From positions 76 to 64,075 of the forward strand of contig DAOLDL010000003.1 of assembly GCA_035327305.1 (NCBI GenBank): a DNA stretch of 64,000 bases, in the 5' to 3' direction. The DNA comes from Kiritimatiellia bacterium (GTDB lineage: Bacteria; Verrucomicrobiota; Kiritimatiellia; CAIVKH01). Shown in pieces: positions 21,001 to 30,083 of the stretch (the first letter of the stretch is position 1; each line of letters starts with the position of its first letter). A program made the position numbers and the translations under genes. The notes under the pieces are model-generated. The model made no database searches and had not been told where the DNA came from. It saw nothing but the letters and a program-made list of their open reading frames with translations.

Positions 21001-24000
21001 TGTTGGCGGCGCTTCCCGTTACATTCAACCAGGACTCCCAATTATTCTCACCCTCGCCGGCCAGTATCGGTTTCACCGAGCTGTCAAAAAATGCCAGGCC
21101 CGCTTTGTTCCAGCCCGGTAGAGGAGTCTGGGCATCTCCCAATTCATCCGTGACAAAGATGAAATGGTCATTGGCGCCGGACTGTTCGCTTACACCCCAG
21201 GTTGCCACATAAAGGCGCGTGCCATTCACCGCCGCCCAGATATACATGTCAGAGCCATGGACCAGATAATGATCGCTGTCCGGCAATCCATCGATGTTAA
21301 AGTTGAAATTGGTGACGCCCTGGACATTGGCCTGCCAATCGTTTCCGTTGTTGTTGTCCCACGTTGTGCCCGCGACATCGCGGAATACGAAATCTATCGA
21401 TGTGGCATTTGTCGGCACCGGAATGGTGACAACCCAATTGGTGGATACAGGCGTCATATTGGTCTGATAGACCTGTTGCCATGTGCCCAATGTCTTGGCC
21501 GAGTGACCGACGTGCATTACAACCGGGGAAACATTTTTCAAAGGCCCGTCATTCGGCGAATACGTAACGGTCAGCGTTTGACCGCGAATGGCAAGACCGG
21601 GTGTCCACTGTGCGACCGATTGCTGGGTCGGCGGACCGCCGATAGGTTTGCTGTTGGAGTCATAGATATTGTACTTGTAAATATTGCCTTCGAGATAACC
21701 AGCGTAGACTTCTTCAAAATTCGTAAACCCGTCCCCATCAAAGTCGTTCTGGTCATCCCACTGTCCGCTGTAGAATGTGGAATGATTGTAGGGGTTCAAT
21801 CTGGTCCAGTTTTCGCCGTAATTCGGGATGAAATCGCGGTTGGTGTCGCCCGGCCATGGAGCATCGGGACCGGGAGCGCCATCGGAGTCGATGAAAGGCA
21901 TTTCCACATTGTCCGGAATACCGTCGCCATCGGAGTCGATCGCGTTAATACCGTAAAGATTCATGTTAATCATGCGTGTAATGGTGTTGGTCACACCGGC
22001 ATCGACACGTACCAATTCAAAGAAGGAAGGACCATTCACGAAATTGCCCCAAAGCCGGTTCGTTTCCGCACCGCTACCGTCACGGTAAACGACCTCGCCG
22101 TTGAATACGTTGGTATACCAACCGGCATTCCAGGGTAACTCATATCCGTTCCAGTAAAGGCGAATGCTTGATGGCGAGCCGGAAGCTTGAACTGACGTGC
22201 GGAAGAACGGGAGTTCAATTTGCGCACCTTCCGCGTGATTAAATGTCGCGGACTGTGTATTTGCAAGCACGGTAAACGCACGATTGACAATCGTCGTGTT
22301 GATAATTTGACGCGGACTTCCCCAGTCGGCTTCAGTGGCCACTACCTGCATGGTGTGAACACCGGCGGTCAATCCGTGAATATTGAATTTCCATGAGCCA
22401 CGAATCAGCTGATGTGCGGTCTGGGGCGAGCCGCCATTAAGAGCCACAGTTATGCCATAAGCAGTATAATCGGGATTTTCGATGGAAAGAACATGGTCGC
22501 CGCGGATGGTACCACCATCGGGAATCGAGAGTTCAAGATCCGGTCCGCGTGTATCCACGTAAATGACCTTGGGAAATGTATTGAAGCGGGCGGGAACGCC
22601 GGCGCCTTCGTTGAAGGCGCGGACTTTCACCACGTTCAATCCTTCGGGGACATTTGTGGCATTGATGGAGAAGCTCATGGTCCAGTTGGTGGAATTCACC
22701 TGGTTCATCCGTTCATACCGGCCACTGACAATATCGATGCCCGTGCTGTAAAAATTGGTCGGCGTCAGTTTCGCATTTCCCAGGCCCCACTTCAGCATGA
22801 CGGAATCTACATTTCCACCATCCGGCCGGAATGTTACATCGACCGTTACATTGGTGGAGCGAATGTGCGTAATCTGGCGTGGTTTATCCGGTGCGTGAAT
22901 TCCGCCGGGAACGATCCAGTTCATGGTACCGGCCGGGTTTCCATTGTCGCGGAATGTGACATTGCCGTCTTCCGCCACCTTGGGAGCGTAATAGGCCCAA
23001 CCCTGGCCGTTGTTGCCGGGTACTGTTACGTTGACTTTTGGCGTGCCGCCATCGTTGTATACCGTAATATCACCGGCGCGCCCGGTGTAATCCTTGAGAA
23101 CGGTGCCTACCGGGAAGGAAACGGTAATACCGTTACGGGTCTGGTTGTTGCCGGAATCATTCAGCACAACAAGCAACAAACCTTCACCTGTATTGGGCGA
23201 TCCGTTACTGTTCAAGTCATCAAATCGCTCGTATGCAAAAAAATCGTTTTCTCCCCATCGATCCCATTCACGTCCGCGAGCGAAATTCTGGTGAACGAAA
23301 ACCATATTTCGAACATCCTGAAACTGATCGCCAAGCGCCTGGCTGTCATATCCGGGACGCATCCAAGTGCGGTTGTTATGATCAGCCCACGTCAAATTGT
23401 TGCCGGTGAAATACACCATCGGGTAACCGATATGGCCGAGGATGTATGCGTAGGCCAGATTGATTTTGTTCGGTCCGGCTTCATCATGACCCCAGGCATA
23501 CGTAATACCCAATTCAGGTTGTATACCGCCGCCGCCCATCACCAGGCCGCCGAGATTGCCGTTGCTGAACGCGTCGTAAAGCTTCTGCTTCAGCGGATAA
23601 TCGATAAATCGCATGGGATTGCGGGTATTCCCGGCAATGCCCTGCCCCATATCGCCATACCAGTAATTCAGTTCACCTTGATAACTCAAGATTTCCGCAA
23701 AAATCAAAAGATCATCGCGCAAAACATAGTTGGCGAACATGGTGTCGCGCACATCGTCGGTGCCATCGCGACCACGACGTTGGTCAAAATTCCATTGCGC
23801 TTCGTGCAACCAGCCATTTCCGGGCCATCCGAAAAACTCAAAATCAACATGCTTGGCGGCATCCAGACGCAGACCGTCAAAATCCACCATGTTACCCAGC
23901 CACACAATCCACCGGTCCAAGTACTTGGCCGCGTTTTCTGCTTCATAACCGCTGGGATAATAAGGGTATTTGCTGTACTGGCCGCGATGACGAAGGAACG

Positions 24001-24655
24001 AGACACCATCCACAAAATTCCATCCGGGTGTATTACTGCCACCGGTGAAACGTTTGGGAAGCGGATTGCGCGGGCTGTCTTCCGTGCGAATATCAATCAG
24101 TGTTACCAACTCCTGCCACAGCGTGCCACCGAATCCGTTGCCGGGTGACCATTGGTCCATGCGAGGACCACGACGGTAATTCAATGTATTGGCATGACCG
24201 GGCGCCCACTCAACGTGGAAATCTTCCGGTGCCATGCCGGGATAGTAACGAAAATCCGGCCCGTTGCCATTGTGGTTCATCAAAACGTCAGGAATGATTT
24301 TCAGGTCGATCTGATGTGCATTGCGCACCATTTGACGCAGTTGGCCAAGATCACCGTAGCGTGTGGCATAGGAGCCACGTTGTGGAATTTGCCCCAGATC
24401 GAAGCGGTCATAAAGATTGTAACCGACATTACCCCATTTGGTGCCTTTGCCGGTTGGGCCTTTGTTCGGAGAAGGAATCCAAATACTGTCGTACCAGAAT
24501 TCGCCCACTTCCGGAAGGCGGCGGTAAATTTCCTCCCATTCCGTTTCAAACCATTGAATCATCACCTCGGATTTCGCTTCTTCCGAAGAAAAAAAAGCGC
24601 AAAGCGCCAATGCCAAAACACTCACCCGCAACTTGAATTTATTGAACGCGTACAT
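18038..24655 (-). CDS. Giant secreted two-module GH13 glycoside hydrolase, 2205 aa. Both modules are alpha-amylase/pullulanase-like, with Ca-binding Asp-rich repeats (TSP3/dockerin-like) and multiple beta-sandwich linker domains.
   Basis: The signal peptide begins MYAFNKFKLRVSVLALALCAFF, so the start is placed at 24655 rather than the ORF-track 24760. GH13 module 1 has regions I-IV: DVLMNH, GLRLDAAKH, FAEILS and WGHDE. Module 2 has LDGTFNH, GLRCDFAQ, FMAESLDG and LTSHDE. Repeats include DSDGDGIPD, DFDGDGFTNFEE, DTDGDGLPDWWEF and DSDGDGMTNYEEF. Confidence 0.8.
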   Translation of the reverse strand: MYAFNKFKLRVSVLALALCAFFSSEEAKSEVMIQWFETEWEEIYRRLPEVGEFWYDSIWIPSPNKGPTGKGTKWGNVGYNLYDRFDLGQIPQRGSYATRYGDLGQLRQMVRNAHQIDLKIIPDVLMNHNGNGPDFRYYPGMAPEDFHVEWAPGHANTLNYRRGPRMDQWSPGNGFGGTLWQELVTLIDIRTEDSPRNPLPKRFTGGSNTPGWNFVDGVSFLRHRGQYSKYPYYPSGYEAENAAKYLDRWIVWLGNMVDFDGLRLDAAKHVDFEFFGWPGNGWLHEAQWNFDQRRGRDGTDDVRDTMFANYVLRDDLLIFAEILSYQGELNYWYGDMGQGIAGNTRNPMRFIDYPLKQKLYDAFSNGNLGGLVMGGGGIQPELGITYAWGHDEAGPNKINLAYAYILGHIGYPMVYFTGNNLTWADHNNRTWMRPGYDSQALGDQFQDVRNMVFVHQNFARGREWDRWGENDFFAYERFDDLNSNGSPNTGEGLLLVVLNDSGNNQTRNGITVSFPVGTVLKDYTGRAGDITVYNDGGTPKVNVTVPGNNGQGWAYYAPKVAEDGNVTFRDNGNPAGTMNWIVPGGIHAPDKPRQITHIRSTNVTVDVTFRPDGGNVDSVMLKWGLGNAKLTPTNFYSTGIDIVSGRYERMNQVNSTNWTMSFSINATNVPEGLNVVKVRAFNEGAGVPARFNTFPKVIYVDTRGPDLELSIPDGGTIRGDHVLSIENPDYTAYGITVALNGGSPQTAHQLIRGSWKFNIHGLTAGVHTMQVVATEADWGSPRQIINTTIVNRAFTVLANTQSATFNHAEGAQIELPFFRTSVQASGSPSSIRLYWNGYELPWNAGWYTNVFNGEVVYRDGSGAETNRLWGNFVNGPSFFELVRVDAGVTNTITRMINMNLYGINAIDSDGDGIPDNVEMPFIDSDGAPGPDAPWPGDTNRDFIPNYGENWTRLNPYNHSTFYSGQWDDQNDFDGDGFTNFEEVYAGYLEGNIYKYNIYDSNSKPIGGPPTQQSVAQWTPGLAIRGQTLTVTYSPNDGPLKNVSPVVMHVGHSAKTLGTWQQVYQTNMTPVSTNWVVTIPVPTNATSIDFVFRDVAGTTWDNNNGNDWQANVQGVTNFNFNIDGLPDSDHYLVHGSDMYIWAAVNGTRLYVATWGVSEQSGANDHFIFVTDELGDAQTPLPGWNKAGLAFFDSSVKPILAGEGENNWESWLNVTGSAANNPTPPNHRLEGEIDLIDAFGYIPEAVYIAAVAYGTSDGGGIHSQGPFVWNNDNNLDIMEFQRVPLESIRDEDLDGHWDRGSPKMWTVVNGSTNDANYGLRRFFINELAGDQQFITVIIEPNVGVGNTVSDVELFSNLNRRDFAVMPGDEDWSLITPATQTTYYRAYPMNDIGGGRFSVTIPVNRTGAYRINARYRVNGGPYAYYTDNGMRRDCAVVVSPRKARENTIYELNPVYAEAVNDTFSGRSTFKDMYLVNTNKPDVINTAYFNNLGMNMLWLQPIHPIGADGRETDPTTGLPYDPGSPYAVQNYWRVNTVLGDPASDANAMAEFQAFVAAMDAAGVGVMLDGTFNHSAWDCEIGQVGVDMFAWATNASDLIRVVRPQWYSKKGNYDEQATYYISGQNNDIAVAPDRIDFGKWSDAADFHFGVYDALVAKAPVDTNFAWGSRWYNRYLFEEDRLEPLNVYAREVWQYFSYYPIYWLEKSGHPIGTPKNESYKGIDGLRCDFAQGLPNEFWEYTINRTRSVKWDFLFMAESLDGFREIGGSKRHGVGYRSARHFDILNENIVFFWRDNFFNYFNYAGANSKTFPIWKELDDRRNAFELSPLLLNLTSHDEILPHDNQWRIAYAYATVSGFDGAPMVFNGQEAGLQNDAAQYTGRGIDPGNNFARYEENFNKSIPNFKRYNHMTNVWNNIAGDFAANGSDWANTLHAFYQRIGRARLASPALRSPNNYFLAGTNGWNPDMIGFAKFEAAGVSAASQDVVFVFVNNNIDASTNRFDTYNVNVDVTPGVNWFGFRAGHSYNIVDLVSPNPTQEIWGVDKTYNELMNDGFVVILNGNPYVGQHAQYLKIIDKTDTSGKMLDTWDTDGDGLPDWWEFLHFGSITGANPHVDSDGDGMTNYEEFLAGTDPTNSNSNLEIISMTGSAGEVEVIWQAVQERNYRVQSSPEVTGPSMQWQDITPLRTAFSTTELQDGISMTDTSKYIRVLVQP

Positions 24656-24945
24656 GTTACACCTGTCTACCACGAAGGCTTGTTGGGTTAAAATCACGGT
24701 ATATTTAAACCGTTTTAGCAATGTATGCGTTTGACTCACATTTGTTAAGGAATATTTCAACTTTCATTGTGATTTCTGTTTTTGCTTGATCATGATAGAG
24801 TTGTGATTAAATCGACAAACCATTCTGCAACTTGGGAAATCAAGGGTTGCACTCCAGTAACAATCGTTGCAAAATGCCACGCGACACCCGGATACGCGTT
24901 TCGATCATTCGAGACGCGACAGGGTAATTTTGTTTTTAGGAGTAA

Positions 24946-26331
24946 TTGGTTATGGCGGAAATAACTATAGAAAACGCACCTCGCAAGGCTCGCGAACATT
25001 ACGATAAAGGTTTTGCCGCCATGGAGCGGGGCAATCTGGATTATGCGATCGATATGTTCAATCTATCGCTTGAAATTTGTCCGCAACTGCTTAAATCCCG
25101 CAAATTTCTACGCGCCGCGCAAGTGAAACGCTTCAAGACAAAAGGCGCCAGCTCTCTTCAAAAAGCGCTCATCCCAGTAAAGGCCGCCGGCAAAACGATG
25201 AAAGCGCAGTCCGCACTTAAGAAGGAGCCGCTTAATGCTCTTAAAGTGACGGAGGAGTTGCTTGCCCTGGATCCTTTCAATACTTCGTTTGTTAATTTGA
25301 ATGTGCAGGCCGCTATTGGATCCGGCATGCCGGAGGCCGCCGTCCTTACGTTGGAAGTCGCCAAGGAAGGAAATCCTTCGGACATCAAACTACTGCGCCA
25401 GTTGGCATCGTTATACCAGGAAGTCGATCGCCTGCACGATGCCCGTGTTCTTTACGAAGAGATTGCAAGGCTGGCTCCCAATGATCCCCAATCAATCAAG
25501 CAACTGAAAGATGCGACCGCGCTCGACTCCATGCAACGTGGTCGCTGGGGCGAAGAAGGTGATTTCCGCGGCAAGATGAAGGACAACAAGGAAGCAGTTC
25601 TTCTCGAACAGCAGAACAAGGCGGTCAAGAGTTCGCGTGACATCGACATTCTGATTGATGAAAACATCAAGAAAATCGAAGCCGAACCGCAGAATATCAA
25701 TTATCGTCGCGCTCTCGCCGATTTGTACGTCAAAGCGGATCGATTCGATGAAGCATTGGAAACATTAAAACAGGCTCATGAAGTCACCGGTGGCGCCGAT
25801 CCGCAAATCGACCGGGCCATCAGCAGTACCTATATCAAAAAACTCGACTTTGAAATCGCGCAATTTGAAGCCGCCGGCGATACGGAACATGCAACCGCCT
25901 GGAAAAAAGAAAAGGATGACTTCATGTTCGACGATGCTCGTGACAAAGTCGAACGCTACCCCAACGATCTTCTGTTCCGATTTGATCTGGGCGTGTTGCA
26001 TTACGATCGCGGCGAAGTAAATGAAGCGATTCAGCAATTCCAGCTCGCACAACGCAATCCGCAACGTCGTATCCGCGCCTTGTTTTACCTCGGCCTTTGC
26101 TTCAAGCAAAAAGGACAGTTGGACATCGCGCTGGAGCAATTACAGAAAGCGGCATCCGAACTCCTGGTCATGGACGACACCAAAAAGGATATTCTGTACG
26201 AATTGGGCGAGCTATCAGAGCAGATGGGCAACAAGGAAAAGGCGCTCGCTTACTTCAAGGAAATCTACGGCGTCGATATTTCCTATCGCGATGTCGCCGC
26301 AAAAATGGAATCCTTCTACAAAAAGCAATGA
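24946..26331 (+). CDS. TPR-repeat protein, soluble and highly charged.
   Basis: Multiple 34-aa TPR-like repeats (A/L/Y patterned helices) and no TM segment. Translationally coupled to the downstream gene by an ATGA overlap. Confidence 0.6.
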   Translation: MVMAEITIENAPRKAREHYDKGFAAMERGNLDYAIDMFNLSLEICPQLLKSRKFLRAAQVKRFKTKGASSLQKALIPVKAAGKTMKAQSALKKEPLNALKVTEELLALDPFNTSFVNLNVQAAIGSGMPEAAVLTLEVAKEGNPSDIKLLRQLASLYQEVDRLHDARVLYEEIARLAPNDPQSIKQLKDATALDSMQRGRWGEEGDFRGKMKDNKEAVLLEQQNKAVKSSRDIDILIDENIKKIEAEPQNINYRRALADLYVKADRFDEALETLKQAHEVTGGADPQIDRAISSTYIKKLDFEIAQFEAAGDTEHATAWKKEKDDFMFDDARDKVERYPNDLLFRFDLGVLHYDRGEVNEAIQQFQLAQRNPQRRIRALFYLGLCFKQKGQLDIALEQLQKAASELLVMDDTKKDILYELGELSEQMGNKEKALAYFKEIYGVDISYRDVAAKMESFYKKQ

Positions 26332-27275
26332 CCGACCGCATGGCGATGGCGTCTGTTCGCACAGCCGTTACCTTATCCGTTTTGTGCCTTTTTCTGGCGT
26401 GCCTGTCATGCTCGCGTGAGCGCCAAGCCCCACCCTACTTCGGAACTCCGACCCGCGGGGAATTTTCGGTCATGTCATACAATCTGCTTCATTTCCGGTA
26501 TATGGATCGAAACCGCGACGGACAGATGAACAATTTTAAACCGGCTGATGAAATCGCGGCATTGGTTGATATTGTCAAACTCTCCAATCCCGACATTCTG
26601 GCCGTCCAGGAACTGGGTGATGCCGCTTCAGCGCTCCGCCTTCAGCAAACATTACGTGATGCAGGACTTCACTATCCCCACCTGGATCATCTATCCGGAC
26701 CCAATCCGCATACATCCCTGGGCATATTGAGCCGCCTGCCCATTGTGAATTCAATACCGCTGACCAATTTATTTTACAGTATCCAAGGCCGAAACCTCGT
26801 TGTGCAACGAGGTTTTCAACAGGTGGATATCCGATTGCCTGATGATAAAGTCATCCGGGTCGTCAATCTCCACTTGAAGTCAAAAGTGTTTCACGAGGCA
26901 GGTCAGACGGAAATGAGACGCAACGAAGCAAGGATTCTGGCCACCCATATCAGAAAATTTCAACGTGAAAACCCAGACATGCCGTTGATCGTCTGCGGCG
27001 ATTTCAACGACAATCACAATTCCGCAGCCATGCGCGAATTATTGGGAAGAGATGACACGGATCTGCAGTTTCTGCCACTGGTGGATCGCGATGGAGATGG
27101 ATGGACCCACTTTTTTGGACGCGACCACATTTACTCGCGTATAGATTACATTTTAGTCAATTCGGCCATGAAGCAGAGGTGGGTCGAGAGCAAGTCCGGA
27201 ATAGTACGCGACAACCGCACGTACAAGGCTTCGGATCATCGCCCTATCTTCGCCACCTTTAACGCGACAAACTGA
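26328..27275 (+). CDS. Endonuclease/exonuclease/phosphatase (EEP) family lipoprotein.
   Basis: Signal peptide with lipobox LACLSC. EEP motifs SYNLLHF, DILAVQE, and C-terminal GDFNDN...SDHRPIFATF. Start chosen at the internal ATG at 26328, which overlaps the upstream stop. Confidence 0.7.
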   Translation: MTDRMAMASVRTAVTLSVLCLFLACLSCSRERQAPPYFGTPTRGEFSVMSYNLLHFRYMDRNRDGQMNNFKPADEIAALVDIVKLSNPDILAVQELGDAASALRLQQTLRDAGLHYPHLDHLSGPNPHTSLGILSRLPIVNSIPLTNLFYSIQGRNLVVQRGFQQVDIRLPDDKVIRVVNLHLKSKVFHEAGQTEMRRNEARILATHIRKFQRENPDMPLIVCGDFNDNHNSAAMRELLGRDDTDLQFLPLVDRDGDGWTHFFGRDHIYSRIDYILVNSAMKQRWVESKSGIVRDNRTYKASDHRPIFATFNATN

Positions 27276-27603
27276 CCGCCGGATTGATTTGCAGGCGGTA
27301 AAAACGCTCTTCGCCGGGAGGTACCCGGTCCGTGTACGTCAATGTACGGCCGGTTCCCCGGATATAATCGAATCCCGGCAACACCTTCCAGGGCGATCTC
27401 GCACTGCGGGTGTGGTTGTACAGTACCGTGTAGGCAAAATCAGGGTCGGATTCCCATGACAGTGACACAACATCGGCCGAGCGGGTCACAAAAAGACGTG
27501 TTTTACTTAATGGAACATCTTCCAACGTTACGCGTTGTTTGGCGCATCCGCACGCCACAATACCGGCCAGAACAACCAACAACAAAAATTTGCCCGCGTT
27601 CAT
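27259..27603 (-). CDS. Small lipoprotein of unknown function.
   Basis: Signal peptide with lipobox VACGC, 114 aa, no recognisable motif. Confidence 0.45.
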   Translation of the reverse strand: MNAGKFLLLVVLAGIVACGCAKQRVTLEDVPLSKTRLFVTRSADVVSLSWESDPDFAYTVLYNHTRSARSPWKVLPGFDYIRGTGRTLTYTDRVPPGEERFYRLQINPAVSLSR

Positions 27604-27631
27604 ATCGGTGTAAATGCGCGTTTTGTCGCAA

Positions 27632-28414
27632 TCACTTGATCGGATGAGCTTCAGACTCGACTGCGTCGTCAGGTTTCACGGCTGTTGATTTTTCAAGCGA
27701 CTCGACCAGATTATCGAGATCATTGATGATTTCTTCGGAAGATGCCGGTGTTGTGGTCCGCACCGTGGGATACAAATCAGAGGGGCGTTCAACCGGCGCA
27801 ACCGGAGGCAATGTCGTTGAAGAAGGATTCAGCGATTCACGAGTTGTCCGCACCGGCGCCGGTTGATAGATGGATGCATCTCCGCCGCGCAATGGACCGG
27901 TCTGGTCATACCAGCTTGAACGTCGCAATGGCGCGGCTTCATCCTCAAGCGTTAAATTGTAGCGTTTGGAAAACCATCTCCACTCATTTCTGTTCCACTT
28001 AAAGATGCGCCCGAATTCATTAACCAGGTTGGCATTATCCAATTGGCGAATGTAAACCAGTTCAGGCACCCAGGCCAGGGCTTCGCGAATGGAAGCCGGC
28101 AAGAGGTCATCGCCACCGATCAGGACTGCGCGGGTGGGAGATTTTTTCAGAAAGCTCAACTCACGCAGATCATGCATACCCAATTGCACCCATGAGTTGC
28201 CGTCCCAGCCATGAATCAGCGGGTTTAGCGTCGTTGCGTCCCCTTGATAAGAAATCAGCACGGACGGACGCTTGTCGATTACATCAAACATGACCTGCAT
28301 CACGGAAAAACGTGATGGCGCTACAATCAATGTAAAGTCGCGCCCGCGGGCAAACGTTTCCGGCACGGCAACCATGCCAAGCAACCCCAACGTCATGATC
28401 AATGTCTTCTTCAT
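27632..28414 (-). CDS. Secreted hypothetical protein.
   Basis: N-terminal signal peptide MKKTLIMTLGLLGMVAVPETFA. P/T-rich C-terminal tail. Confidence 0.45.
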   Translation of the reverse strand: MKKTLIMTLGLLGMVAVPETFARGRDFTLIVAPSRFSVMQVMFDVIDKRPSVLISYQGDATTLNPLIHGWDGNSWVQLGMHDLRELSFLKKSPTRAVLIGGDDLLPASIREALAWVPELVYIRQLDNANLVNEFGRIFKWNRNEWRWFSKRYNLTLEDEAAPLRRSSWYDQTGPLRGGDASIYQPAPVRTTRESLNPSSTTLPPVAPVERPSDLYPTVRTTTPASSEEIINDLDNLVESLEKSTAVKPDDAVESEAHPIK

Positions 28415-28539
28415 ATAAATTCCTTGAAATATGCGGACAAGTTACCACAACACATGTGATATGATCAAGCCATGTCGTCATAACCTTACGGAAGATAATA
28501 TATTGTGCCAGTGCCCCGCGCCGTTTACAATTCGCCGAC

Positions 28540-29361
28540 ATGTTGCAAATTGAACAAAAAAGAACAGTCGATCTACCCTATATTTCCGTCCGGGATATAT
28601 TTTGCGACGGTTTGGCGCCGGAATTTGCGCGAAGTCCGATTCATCGCAACCGGGTATACACGGTAACGCATTTTGCGAAGTTGGCACTAGCTGGTTCTCC
28701 CGCCGGAAGCGTGTTGGAGGTGGGATGTGGTGTTGGCCATGTGACCCACCCTCTCGCGCGAGCCGGAATGAAAGTGACGGGTATTGATATCGACCCGCCC
28801 TCGATTGCAGCCGCCCGCGCCCGTTATTCGACTCCAGGTATTTCATTTGACTGTATCGATATCAAGGATGCGCCGGTTGCAACCTACGACGTTATCGTTT
28901 TGACTGAAGTTCTGGAACATGTAAAAGCGTACCGGGCTTTTATTCACCTCATTTCCGACCGTATGAAACCCGGTTCCGCCCTCATTCTGACCGTACCGAA
29001 CGGCTATTGCTGGTCGGAATGCCTTTGCCGGCCAAGTTACTGGTTGAAAACCACCCCGCTCGGAAAACCGATTGTCAAAACCATCAAGAAACTTCTGCGA
29101 ACCCGCGATGTCACCACGGCCAATGAACAAACGCCGCATGTCAACTTTTTTACCATGCCTCAATTGGAGGAACTTTTTACCGATTGCGGATTGGCGCTGG
29201 AGTCTTCGCATGCGTCATTCATCTGGTGGTCGGTCACGGAAACATTTTTTTCCGAACACACCCTCAACGAAGAAAAAGCCGCCCGGGATTTTGACCGCTC
29301 GCAAGCGTCCAAGTTCAACAAGTGCACCCTTTGGTCATTTTTGCTCAGGAAAAAAACATGA
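28540..29361 (+). CDS. Class I SAM-dependent methyltransferase.
   Basis: Motif I VLEVGCGVGHVT plus motifs II and III (DVIVLTEVLEHV). Confidence 0.7.
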   Translation: MLQIEQKRTVDLPYISVRDIFCDGLAPEFARSPIHRNRVYTVTHFAKLALAGSPAGSVLEVGCGVGHVTHPLARAGMKVTGIDIDPPSIAAARARYSTPGISFDCIDIKDAPVATYDVIVLTEVLEHVKAYRAFIHLISDRMKPGSALILTVPNGYCWSECLCRPSYWLKTTPLGKPIVKTIKKLLRTRDVTTANEQTPHVNFFTMPQLEELFTDCGLALESSHASFIWWSVTETFFSEHTLNEEKAARDFDRSQASKFNKCTLWSFLLRKKT

Positions 29362-30080
29362 ACCGTGTCGATTATGAAAAGTTTTGGAAGGGCTACTGGA
29401 ATGATACCACCGTCTACGGCCCGGCCTGCCGTCATCGACGCCGGATCGTGCGAAAACTATTGGCATCGATTCCCCATCAAAATGTGCTGGACCTCGGTTG
29501 TGGCGATGGAAGCTTTGTCGCGGAAAGCTCTAAATTATTAAACGCGACATTTGAAGGTTCGGACATTTCCGAGGCCGCGCTCGAAATTGCCCGCAAGAAT
29601 GTTCCGGGTATCCGGTTTTACAAGCTGGACTTGATGGCCGGCGCACCGGATCACAAATACGACGCCATCGTTCTCTCTGAAGTTTTGGAACACATCGAGG
29701 ACGATGAACATGTTCTGAAAACCATAGCCCCGTTCACGCGCCATGTGGTCATTTCCGTGCCTGGTGGTTCCGCTCATAAAGTTGATCGCCGTTACGGACA
29801 TTTTCGCAATTATACCGGCAATCTTCTTCAGGAAAAACTGGAGCGCTGCGGATTTGACGTGGTGAGGTATTTCCGCTGGGGATTTCCTTTGTATGACCTA
29901 CAGCAATTTCTGGCATATCAGGAGGGCGAATGGGGTTCAAAAACCATGTCGGAAGGCCGTTATGGGCCGGGACGCCGCATCATTTCGCACCTGGTTTATG
30001 GCCTGTATTTTCTCCAGTTCCTACCGATGGGTCAGCAAGTGTTTGCCATCGGCAAAAGCAAATCGTTCCCGGAAACGTAA
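29358..30080 (+). CDS. Class I SAM-dependent methyltransferase (second, paralogous architecture).
   Basis: VLDLGCGDGSF motif I and DAIVLSEVLEHI. Start taken at the ATG at 29358 (ATGA overlap) rather than the ORF-track 29322. Confidence 0.65.
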   Translation: MNRVDYEKFWKGYWNDTTVYGPACRHRRRIVRKLLASIPHQNVLDLGCGDGSFVAESSKLLNATFEGSDISEAALEIARKNVPGIRFYKLDLMAGAPDHKYDAIVLSEVLEHIEDDEHVLKTIAPFTRHVVISVPGGSAHKVDRRYGHFRNYTGNLLQEKLERCGFDVVRYFRWGFPLYDLQQFLAYQEGEWGSKTMSEGRYGPGRRIISHLVYGLYFLQFLPMGQQVFAIGKSKSFPET

Positions 30081-30083
30081 GCA

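Noticed and set aside
18146-24691. Several long plus-strand ORFs (e.g. 22412-24148 at 578 aa, 21164-22138 at 324 aa, 19730-20599 at 289 aa, 18146-18979 at 277 aa).
   Set aside because: All are antisense to the single 2205-aa GH13 gene. They have no recognisable motifs and are Arg/Gly/His-rich shadow-frame composition.
24656-24760. ORF-track start of the giant gene at 24760 (MKYSLTNVSQ...).
   Set aside because: The first 35 residues have no signal-peptide character. The internal Met at 24655 begins a classic signal peptide (MYAFNKFKLRVSVLALALCAFF).
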